This document shows positions 1 through 6,583 of a DNA stretch of 24,151 nt, piece by piece (positions within the stretch are counted from its first letter, which is position 1; each line of letters starts with the position of its first letter). Position numbers and translations under genes: made by a program. Origin of the DNA: a virus; IMG/VR virus record IMGVR_UViG_3300009701_000002, positions 1 through 24,151 of that record. One strand, 5' to 3'. Below the pieces are notes generated by a model, which made no database searches, was not told the DNA's origin, and was given only the letters and a program-made list of their open reading frames with translations.

Positions 1-123
1 CTTTGTTGGTTTTCGGTTAAGTCGTAAGCATAGTAGAGTTCCTCACAAGACATTTCTTCGTCTTTCATGTCTTTCTCCTGATCTCTCGTTCGAATTCGTC
101 CATTTCATTAATAACTTCTAATA
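1..123. repeat. Terminal direct repeat, copy 1 (identical to 24029-24151). Contains the 5' end of the 150-aa paralog (its ATG is at 66-68 on the minus strand).
   Basis: Base-by-base reading shows 1-123 equals 24029-24151. The repeat lies inside coding sequence, at the junction of two paralog genes. Confidence 0.9.
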
Positions 124-523
124 ACAATTCTTTGTAATCTTTGGCGTAGGGGGCGTGGGCATAGGCCCAGAAGGAGCCATAACCGACGGCGCCACATACG
201 GCGCAAATTGCGGCGAAATATATGGCTTCCTCCGATGCCACCCTGATACTATTCGAATCAGAAAGGTAAGAACCGCGCGGCAAGTAAGAATCATAATGGT
301 GGCGGGCGAAGAAAAAGGCTTTTTGTAATTCTTCTTTTGTAGATTGGCCTTTAATATAGCGCTCTACGACTTCGAGAGTTTTAATTACAATTTTATTTAT
401 TTCTTCATCTTTTGATTTTTCTAGCCAATATCTTGATATTTTTACAAGCCATTTCCTATTCTGGTTTTCGCTCAGGTCGTAAGCATTGTATAGTTCTTTT
501 AAAGTCATTTTTTTGTGGTTCAT
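65..523 (-). CDS. Hypervariable-core paralog P1 (152 aa), unknown function
   Basis: Shares an N-terminal block (LKELYxAYDLSENQxRKWLVK...ERYIKGQxTKEEL) and a C-terminal block (YKELLLEVINEMDEFEREIRRK) with five other ORFs. ATG 521-523 overlaps the upstream stop as ATGA. GAGG Shine-Dalgarno (SD) upstream. Confidence 0.85.
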   Translation of the reverse strand: MNHKKMTLKELYNAYDLSENQNRKWLVKISRYWLEKSKDEEINKIVIKTLEVVERYIKGQSTKEELQKAFFFARHHYDSYLPRGSYLSDSNSIRVASEEAIYFAAICAVCGAVGYGSFWAYAHAPYAKDYKELLLEVINEMDEFEREIRRKT

Positions 524-1671
524 GGTTTGACCTCTATGTTAATGGAACTGCCCCAAGACACTGGGGGTTTTTGAGTGCCAACTATAGCCCATAGAACAGG
601 ATAATTGGGACGTTTAATTTCTTCATTATCATAGCAGTCCATATCACCAAAATAGATTAATCCGTCTATAGCAATTCTTTGCTTATTAAACCAATCAAAA
701 GCTGGCTGGTAAGCCGTACCGCCCCTTCCTTTAATACTATACTTTTTCTTAGGATCAAATACGTAGCTATTCTTAACTTCGGCGTCCGCTTCCACGACTG
801 TCACTGTGGCGTATTTAGCTATTTCCGCGATTTCTGACATAAATTGGGTTAAAGCCTCGTCTGATACGCTTCCAGATGTGTCTATAGCAACTCCTAATTT
901 CAACCTTTCGATTTTTATATCACCGGGGATTGAAATGCCATATCTCCTGTTGCGCTTTTTTCTAGAGCTTTCAATGAAATATTCGACTTGTCTAGCTACG
1001 AAGCGCTTTAATTCTGCTCTCCAATCACGCGACGAGGCGTTTAACTTGGATACTAACAGCTCGTCATCACTACTCATTTTTCCAGCGCTTCTTGTGTTTT
1101 GGGCGGCCTCGTTAACCGCGTTTCTAATCTTTTGCCGCAAAGCATCAGTACTTTCTTCGGAATCGTCCCACAAGGGATGGCCGTCGTAGTCAGACCAATC
1201 TTTTGCTTTTTTGGATTTCTTTAAATTTTCATGATACCATTCCATGGTTTCCCCGTCGGGTAAGTCATAGAGAGCGGGCATTACAGCGAGAGAAGGAATA
1301 TTTGGAATACCGGGGTTAATGGAAAGATCACAGGCGACATTTATGAAGCGGTGTTTCATATTGTCAATCACGGCATCAGCCAGGTCTCTTTTTTTAGAAG
1401 AATATACATCGGGGGCTACTTCCCTTGAACGCGGTATATGATCGTGTAATATATGCTGGCATTCGTGTTTAAGAACAGCTACTTGCTCGGCGGGGGTTAA
1501 TTTATCAAAAAACTCCAAATTTACAAATAATTCTATTCGGTCTTTAATTCTTACGCCCGCCGTGTCAATAGATTTCGTTATTTTACGGTCCATTTGCATG
1601 ATAAGTTCACCATAGAAACGTTCCGATTCAAAAAGTCTAAGAATAGCTTTTGTAAGTGAATCTGCGCTCAT
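520..1671 (-). CDS. VWA-domain protein with an N-terminal HExxH metallopeptidase-like domain (DUF2201-like architecture)
   Basis: HECQHILHDH (HExxH) in the N-terminal half. MIDAS-like motif GVAIDTSGSVS in the C-terminal half. AAGGAG SD. ATGA overlaps at both ends. Confidence 0.8.
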   Translation of the reverse strand: MSADSLTKAILRLFESERFYGELIMQMDRKITKSIDTAGVRIKDRIELFVNLEFFDKLTPAEQVAVLKHECQHILHDHIPRSREVAPDVYSSKKRDLADAVIDNMKHRFINVACDLSINPGIPNIPSLAVMPALYDLPDGETMEWYHENLKKSKKAKDWSDYDGHPLWDDSEESTDALRQKIRNAVNEAAQNTRSAGKMSSDDELLVSKLNASSRDWRAELKRFVARQVEYFIESSRKKRNRRYGISIPGDIKIERLKLGVAIDTSGSVSDEALTQFMSEIAEIAKYATVTVVEADAEVKNSYVFDPKKKYSIKGRGGTAYQPAFDWFNKQRIAIDGLIYFGDMDCYDNEEIKRPNYPVLWAIVGTQKPPVSWGSSINIEVKP

Positions 1672-2105
1672 GCATTTCTCCTTATTTCTCGTTCAAACTC
1701 ATCCATTTCGTTAATAACTTCTAATAACAATTCTCTATATGAATTGTAGAAACGATCGTAAAAAGAATATGGTTGTTCGGAATTGTAAACGATTTGATCA
1801 GTGTAAATGGCCACCCTGGAAAAGGCAGCTCTGGCTGCGTAAGCAAGAGTTCCTGCATGATCGTACGTCATTGACCAGTAGGTACCGTAAGCGGCGTGCA
1901 ATTCTTCTTCTGTGGCTTGCTTTTTAGTGTAACGCTCCGCCACGTCTAAAATTTTTTTTGCAATTTTATTTATTTCTTGATCGGTTGATTTATTCATCCA
2001 ATATTTAGCGATTTTTACAAGCCATTTCCTTTGTTGGTTTTCACTCAAGTCGTAAGCGTCGTAGAGTTCTTTTAAAGACATTTCTTCGTGTTTTTTGTGG
2101 CTCAC
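1668..2105 (-). CDS. Hypervariable-core paralog P2 (145 aa)
   Basis: Same conserved termini as P1. GTG start overlaps the MoxR stop (GTGA). An ATG at 2081 is an alternative start. Confidence 0.8.
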   Translation of the reverse strand: MSHKKHEEMSLKELYDAYDLSENQQRKWLVKIAKYWMNKSTDQEINKIAKKILDVAERYTKKQATEEELHAAYGTYWSMTYDHAGTLAYAARAAFSRVAIYTDQIVYNSEQPYSFYDRFYNSYRELLLEVINEMDEFEREIRRNA

Positions 2106-3202
2106 GACGCACCTTTTGCTTCCTTTGTCATTTTAATTAAAATGTCTCTGTACTTTGGTTTGCTGTAAAAATCTTTGAAAATAGAATGCTCTAATTTTAT
2201 GATTTTTTTGATAGTCATAACCATAATGTCGCGAGGAATTGTAGTGAAATACTCCATAAGAGCCGCTTCTTCGTCTTTAGTAAAAGGTTGTTTATCTGTT
2301 TCGCGCTGCACGATATAATCGCGTAAATTGTCACCGGTAATCCCTAAGAGGCTCGAAGCTATGTTTTCAGGGTTAGACCATGTCTTTACTTTATTTAACC
2401 CGCTGCCGTTAAGGACTTCTGCCCCAGTCAAAGGTTTGTCTACGTTTTTTAAATGGAGTTCGTAAGCGACACTTCGCTCCAGACCTATTATACCGTGCAT
2501 GAGCTGGCTTAAAATATTATTTGGAACTCCAAGTTTAAAAAGTCTGTTAAGACGCTCGTAAGACCTTCTATCGACTTTTACTTGAAGATCAAAATTACTA
2601 TGTTTGTCTTCAAGAAAACTGGGCTGTTCTTTCAAAAAGCTAAGGATTGTAGGCTCAAAACTATTGCCTTTGGCGTATTCCATAAACTCTTCAAAGCTAG
2701 GTTCGAGTTTTATGTGCACAAACCGGGACATAAGTGCTGTGTCATTGACGTCTGTTACAAAGTATTCGTCTGTTGGTGGGTTACCGGCAGCAATGATGTG
2801 GCAGTTTTTTGGCAGTTTAATAGTGTGAAAAGTCTTGTCTAACGCCAAAGAGAACATACCGTTTAAAACGTCGCGTCTCGCCCGGTTAAACTCGTCCAAA
2901 AAGATAATAGCGCCGCTATCGGGGTTTTGTTCGCAGTAACGGATTGCGTCGTTAAGCCATTTAGGAGTCGCGAAATTTGTGGATTTGCTGCCGTCGCCGT
3001 TATCAACAAACTCAGCTAACCCCAAAACATCCCCTAAATCGCTTTGAGTGCCTAAATATAGCGGGAAAAAGTGGTAACCTTTACTCTGGGCGTATTGTTT
3101 GACGATAGAGGACTTTCCGATACCGGCTCGGCCCCAAAGAAACGCCGTTGTTTGGGCTTCGAAAAGATACGGAAGAGCAGTAGTCAAATCCTTGATATTC
3201 AT
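2102..3202 (-). CDS. MoxR/AAA_5-type AAA+ ATPase
   Basis: Walker A GRAGIGKSS. Walker B IIFLDEFNRA. Sensor-1-like IIAAGNP. Lies one gene upstream of the VWA partner, with paralog P2 between them. AAGGAAAG SD. Confidence 0.85.
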   Translation of the reverse strand: MNIKDLTTALPYLFEAQTTAFLWGRAGIGKSSIVKQYAQSKGYHFFPLYLGTQSDLGDVLGLAEFVDNGDGSKSTNFATPKWLNDAIRYCEQNPDSGAIIFLDEFNRARRDVLNGMFSLALDKTFHTIKLPKNCHIIAAGNPPTDEYFVTDVNDTALMSRFVHIKLEPSFEEFMEYAKGNSFEPTILSFLKEQPSFLEDKHSNFDLQVKVDRRSYERLNRLFKLGVPNNILSQLMHGIIGLERSVAYELHLKNVDKPLTGAEVLNGSGLNKVKTWSNPENIASSLLGITGDNLRDYIVQRETDKQPFTKDEEAALMEYFTTIPRDIMVMTIKKIIKLEHSIFKDFYSKPKYRDILIKMTKEAKGAS

Positions 3203-3245
3203 AAACTTTCCTTTGGCCTATGGCCATAATTGTTTTAGTTTAATA

Positions 3246-3506
3246 TTAGCACACGGGGGTGTTTTTGTATAGCTTTTCGAGGTTGGCTTTGATTTCCTCA
3301 TCGGTTAATTTTGGAGGCCGAGGAGCAAGGTATCTAGCCATGGCTTCTTCCTGAGCTTTTCTAGCGGCGCGGGTTTTGGCGTTAATTGAGATTTTTTCGC
3401 CGCCCCAAAGAATTAAAATGGCAAGCAAACTATCTAAAAAACTAAAGAGACAAAGCAGGCCAAAAATTGTCATTCCGAGATAAGCTAGTCCGTTAATAAA
3501 TCCCAT
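3246..3506 (-). CDS. Small membrane protein (86 aa); holin-like is only a guess
   Basis: Hydrophobic N-terminus (GFINGLAYLGMTIFGLLCLFSFLDSLLAILILWGG) followed by a charged tail. Strong AAGGAGG SD. Confidence 0.7.
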   Translation of the reverse strand: MGFINGLAYLGMTIFGLLCLFSFLDSLLAILILWGGEKISINAKTRAARKAQEEAMARYLAPRPPKLTDEEIKANLEKLYKNTPVC

Positions 3507-3616
3507 AAAATCCTCCTTAAAAGCAAGCTAGGTTTTACATCTTGCGACAACCGGTTTGATGCCCGAGGGCTTGACGCGGTTAACCTTGCTTACATAATAC
3601 TTATCGGACGACATCG

Positions 3617-3850
3617 TCAGGACTTTAGGCTATTGTTGAATTTATTTTTAAAAAATTCTACTACCTTGTCTTCAACTGACTTTACATGACGCTCAAATCC
3701 TTCCAGATCGTTTATGGCTTTTGTCTCAATCTGGTCCAACAAAAGCCTTACACTGTTACGTAAATTCCCGACTATATGGATTTCTGCGCCGCTCGTACAG
3801 TTACGAAGCGTCTCTTCTAAAGTCTCTAGCCTCTGTTTGTAGTCTATCAT
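3617..3850 (-). CDS. Hypothetical helical protein (77 aa)
   Basis: ATGA overlap with the upstream gene. No recognisable motif. Confidence 0.6.
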   Translation of the reverse strand: MIDYKQRLETLEETLRNCTSGAEIHIVGNLRNSVRLLLDQIETKAINDLEGFERHVKSVEDKVVEFFKNKFNNSLKS

Positions 3851-4425
3851 ACGCTGCTCGTACGTTTAGAAAGGCCGCTAACAAGCTCCATGAACTCTTG
3901 CATCGTCATTTTACCGGGTAAAGGGAACATGACGTTCTCGTTATCCACTATTAAAGTCAGGCCGACTTCGTAGTACCTAGCCTTTTTAGTTTCCTGTGGC
4001 ACGACTTTAGTAACTTCAGGTTGTACGGCAGCCGGTATTGGTAATTTGGTGAACTTAGGTTTGACTTCTTGCTTTTTTAGTGACTTATTTTGGGCCACAG
4101 CTGACATTCCTATACTTTGCAAAGTCATTGTTATACCGCCAAGCGAACGAAGCTTCCCACGAGGACTGAATTCAAGCTTACCGATACCGGATTGGCTCAT
4201 GAATTTCAGCTCAGCGCCTAACTGCTCTCGGCTAAACTCAAAGCCTTCTTTAGCCAGTGCTGTCTTTAAATTATGAATAGAGATTCTTTTCGTTGAACGT
4301 TCCCGCAAGGCAAAGACATGGCACATAGCGTTAAACGTCTCAGAAGACTTGGCGCGGTCTTGGAGTCTATTTATTAGAGTCGTGTTACCGTTGGCTGCTG
4401 CGGAAGTTACCATTGAAATTTCCAT
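3847..4425 (-). CDS. Hypothetical protein (192 aa)
   Basis: The ORF-track start at 4446 is a TTG. The ATG at 4423-4425 is preceded by AAAGGA plus a 6-nt spacer, so I moved the start to 4425. Confidence 0.7.
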   Translation of the reverse strand: MEISMVTSAAANGNTTLINRLQDRAKSSETFNAMCHVFALRERSTKRISIHNLKTALAKEGFEFSREQLGAELKFMSQSGIGKLEFSPRGKLRSLGGITMTLQSIGMSAVAQNKSLKKQEVKPKFTKLPIPAAVQPEVTKVVPQETKKARYYEVGLTLIVDNENVMFPLPGKMTMQEFMELVSGLSKRTSSV

Positions 4426-4593
4426 TTTACATCCTTTGTTTACCAACCGTGATTGGTTGATGATTATGGTTTATGCGAAGGATGTGCCACAGTCAATGCG
4501 GTTATAATTGATCTGGGCTTAAGCCTGTGTCAAAAGTCTTGTCGGAGGCCGTAAAATGTGAGGATTGTGGAAAGCCTTTGTGACGTGCAGCTG

Positions 4594-4620
4594 AATAAAA
4601 AAGCCCCCGTGAGGGGGCGC
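4594..4620 (-). terminator. Rho-independent terminator (minus strand)
   Basis: Minus-strand RNA reads GCCCCC-ucac-GGGGGC followed by UUUUUUAUU. It sits immediately 3' of pentamer array A. Confidence 0.85.
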
Positions 4621-4715
4621 AAAACAAAACATAACTTAACTAAACTCAACGTAACGCAACTCAACGCAACTAAACGTAACTTAACTTAACGCAACGAAAC
4701 GCAACTTAACTGAAC
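4621..4715 (-). repeat. Pentamer array A: 19 contiguous NNAAC units on plus (GUUNN in the minus-sense RNA)
   Basis: Read directly: aaaac aaaac ataac ttaac taaac tcaac gtaac gcaac tcaac gcaac taaac gtaac ttaac ttaac gcaac gaaac gcaac ttaac tgaac. Phase is never broken. Lies between the stop at 4747 and the terminator. Confidence 0.95.
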
Positions 4716-4746
4716 GCAAAAATTTTATTCAATATAAATTAAGTAA

Positions 4747-5283
4747 CTATTTTTCTCCGCGAAGCAAAGCTAGGGCTTTTAACTCATAATTAGCTTGGGC
4801 AATATAAGTCGCGTCTTTTACAGTTAACTTTTTTGAACCGTAAGCGTGATTTAAAAGTTGTGCGATGGCGCTGGTAGCCAATATTTTCGAGGTCACGATT
4901 TGTTTAAGATCAGCGCTGACTTGATCAAGGTCAATGTGTTCTAAACGCTTCCCAGTTTTTTCAACAGCGCTTATTAATTTAGTCTTTGCCTCGTCGTTAG
5001 CTGCATTATATTGGTTCTCGCCGGCGATTAGCTCGTACCCTTCGCCGTGTAAACGTTTTAAGCGCTTTTTGAGTTGACCGCCGATTTGCGGCTCCATGGA
5101 GCGGATACAGCTTTTAATTTCTGAAAGCTCAAGAGTTAAATTATTCTGTGTGCACATATCTTGTAGCGCGGAGTCTGTTAACTGTACCCCAGCTTGGGCG
5201 CTTGTTAAGTGTGACATAAGAATTTTTTTAAATTCTTCTCGTTTTACTTTTTTAGTAGCGTTTTTATCTGTACTTGTTAACAT
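4747..5283 (-). CDS. Hypothetical helical protein (178 aa)
   Basis: ATG preceded by a perfect AGGAGG. Flanked by pentamer arrays B (5') and A (3'). Confidence 0.8.
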   Translation of the reverse strand: MLTSTDKNATKKVKREEFKKILMSHLTSAQAGVQLTDSALQDMCTQNNLTLELSEIKSCIRSMEPQIGGQLKKRLKRLHGEGYELIAGENQYNAANDEAKTKLISAVEKTGKRLEHIDLDQVSADLKQIVTSKILATSAIAQLLNHAYGSKKLTVKDATYIAQANYELKALALLRGEK

Positions 5284-5285
5284 CT

Positions 5286-5320
5286 AATCCTCCTAGGATT
5301 GGTTAAAAAAATAGCGTAGC
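5286..5320 (-). promoter_or_regulatory. 5' leader: SD-sequestering hairpin (AAUCCU-AGG-AGGAUU) plus a conserved 17-mer box
   Basis: Inverted repeat at 5286-5300 includes the SD. The 17-mer taaaaaaatagcgtagc (5304-5320) is identical to 5941-5957. Confidence 0.6.
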
Positions 5321-5370
5321 AAAACACAACGCAACATAACTTAACTAAACAAAACACAACTAAACTTAAC
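5321..5370 (-). repeat. Pentamer array B: 10 contiguous NNAAC units
   Basis: aaaac acaac gcaac ataac ttaac taaac aaaac acaac taaac ttaac, bracketed by atagc/gtagc pentamers. Confidence 0.95.
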
Positions 5371-5386
5371 ATAGCTGAGAAAAAAA

Positions 5387-5920
5387 TCATTTTACAGTAA
5401 ATCTGCCGTATTCTGGACGATAATCGCCTACGCCTATAAATTTACCACCAACGTCTAAAAGTTCAAGTAAAATCTCGGGCGGAAACTGCTTTTCATCTGC
5501 AATTATGACATTAAGCGTTCCCGACCAGTCTTCAAGCTTAGGCCAAATCCTTAATATTTTTTTAGTGCCGTTCATACCGACAAAAGCCTGATGTTTATTT
5601 ACCTCGCTCACCGGTTGCTTTAAAAGCATGGAATCCGTAATAAATAGCACCGAATCAACTAAATCGGCGTATCCGCTTCGCTTGCCGGGTTGTTTAATAC
5701 CTGAGAATTTTGCGGCAGCTTTTAATGTTCCTTTCCAGACTCGGCTCGGAATGGCGAGCTTACCTCCTTCTAAATACATACGGGCGTTAAACATTTCGTC
5801 TCCCGCTTCCCAATCCTCGTGCTTTGTGCGCGCCGGCTTAGTTTTGGCCGTAAGCATCGAATTGATGTTATTCATTAACAGAGGCGTTACTGACTTTATC
5901 CCGTAGCTGACCGTTTTCAT
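5387..5920 (-). CDS. Hypothetical protein (177 aa) with RAMP-like motifs (tentative)
   Basis: Start moved to the ATG at 5918-5920 (MKTVSYG...), preceded by AGGAGG. The ORF-track N-terminal extension runs through the SD. The motifs AIPSRVWKGTLKAAAK and the C-terminal GVGDYRPEYGRF resemble the RAMP KG-x-LR motif and glycine-rich loop. Confidence 0.75.
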   Translation of the reverse strand: MKTVSYGIKSVTPLLMNNINSMLTAKTKPARTKHEDWEAGDEMFNARMYLEGGKLAIPSRVWKGTLKAAAKFSGIKQPGKRSGYADLVDSVLFITDSMLLKQPVSEVNKHQAFVGMNGTKKILRIWPKLEDWSGTLNVIIADEKQFPPEILLELLDVGGKFIGVGDYRPEYGRFTVK

Positions 5921-5957
5921 ATACCCTCCTAGGTATTTCTTAAAAAAATAGCGTAGC
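5921..5957 (-). promoter_or_regulatory. 5' leader: SD-sequestering hairpin (AUACCU-AGGA-GGGUAU) plus a conserved 17-mer box
   Basis: Same layout as 5286-5320 with compensatory stem changes. The 17-mer is identical. Confidence 0.6.
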
Positions 5958-5997
5958 AAAACATAACAAAACTGAACAGAACTAAACTCAACTTAAC
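5958..5997 (-). repeat. Pentamer array C: 8 contiguous NNAAC units
   Basis: aaaac ataac aaaac tgaac agaac taaac tcaac ttaac. Confidence 0.95.
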
Positions 5998-6026
5998 ACA
6001 TTACTAAGTTACTTATCGGAAGGTTG

Positions 6027-6167
6027 CTAGGAAACTTTAACTTTTTTAGTAGAAATATTTTTATTGTCTAAATCTGGGAATTTCTCTAAAGACCTACGAC
6101 GGCAGTTGCAATCTGGTAGTTTTGAATTGCACCGTGGGTAGATGCAGGAGTTTTTATTAGAGTTCAT
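6027..6167 (-). CDS. Small Cys-rich ORF (46 aa; MNSNKNSCIYPRCNSKLPDCNCRRRS...), not in the ORF track
   Basis: Hand translation. ATG overlaps the stop of P3 as ATGA. Four Cys in CxxxxC...CxC spacing. Confidence 0.45.
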   Translation of the reverse strand: MNSNKNSCIYPRCNSKLPDCNCRRRSLEKFPDLDNKNISTKKVKVS

Positions 6168-6583
6168 ATTTTTCTCCTTATTGTACGTTCAAACTCATCC
6201 ATTTCGTTAATCACTTCTAATAACAATTCTTTATAATCACTGGCACAGTAGGAATGATTCGTACGGCAATAACAGGAAACGGCGAAAGCAAGGTCACTGT
6301 TGTCAAGCGTGGCACATTCCGAAAGGCGGGAGGCGCCAGCGATGTTCAAGTCGTAGGAGCTGGAGGCCTCATGGTAAACTAATAGTAATTCTTCTTTTGC
6401 GGCTTCGCCTCTGATGTATTTCTCTACGATTTCTAGATTTTTATTTATAATTTTATTTATTTGTTCATCTTTTGATTGTTTTAGCCAATGTCTTGTTGTT
6501 TTTACAAGAAATTTCCTTTGTTGTTTTTCGGTTAGGTCGTAAGCCTCATGGAGTTCTTTTAAAGACATGTCTTGGTCTTTCAT
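6164..6583 (-). CDS. Hypervariable-core paralog P3 (139 aa)
   Basis: Conserved termini. ATGA overlap with P4. AAGGAGAAAG SD embedded in the last codons of P4. Confidence 0.85.
   Translation of the reverse strand: MKDQDMSLKELHEAYDLTEKQQRKFLVKTTRHWLKQSKDEQINKIINKNLEIVEKYIRGEAAKEELLLVYHEASSSYDLNIAGASRLSECATLDNSDLAFAVSCYCRTNHSYCASDYKELLLEVINEMDEFERTIRRKI

Noticed and set aside
1-123. The 123-bp end repeat as a T7-like genomic direct terminal repeat.
   Set aside because: It lies entirely within coding sequence, at the stop/start overlap of two genes. An assembly overlap of a circular or permuted molecule is more likely. I cannot settle this without reads.
4621-4715. The pentamer arrays as a CRISPR array or as coding repeats.
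   Set aside because: The units are 5 nt with no spacers and no cas genes nearby. The period is not a multiple of 3, and stops occur in all frames.
5921-5959. The ORF-track N-terminal extensions: 5387-5959 (MLRYFFKKYLGGY-), 6580-7044, 3847-4446, 16065-16334 and 22212-22628.
   Set aside because: The extensions start at TTG codons or at starts without an SD, and they run through the SD or terminator elements. An internal ATG with a proper SD exists in each case.
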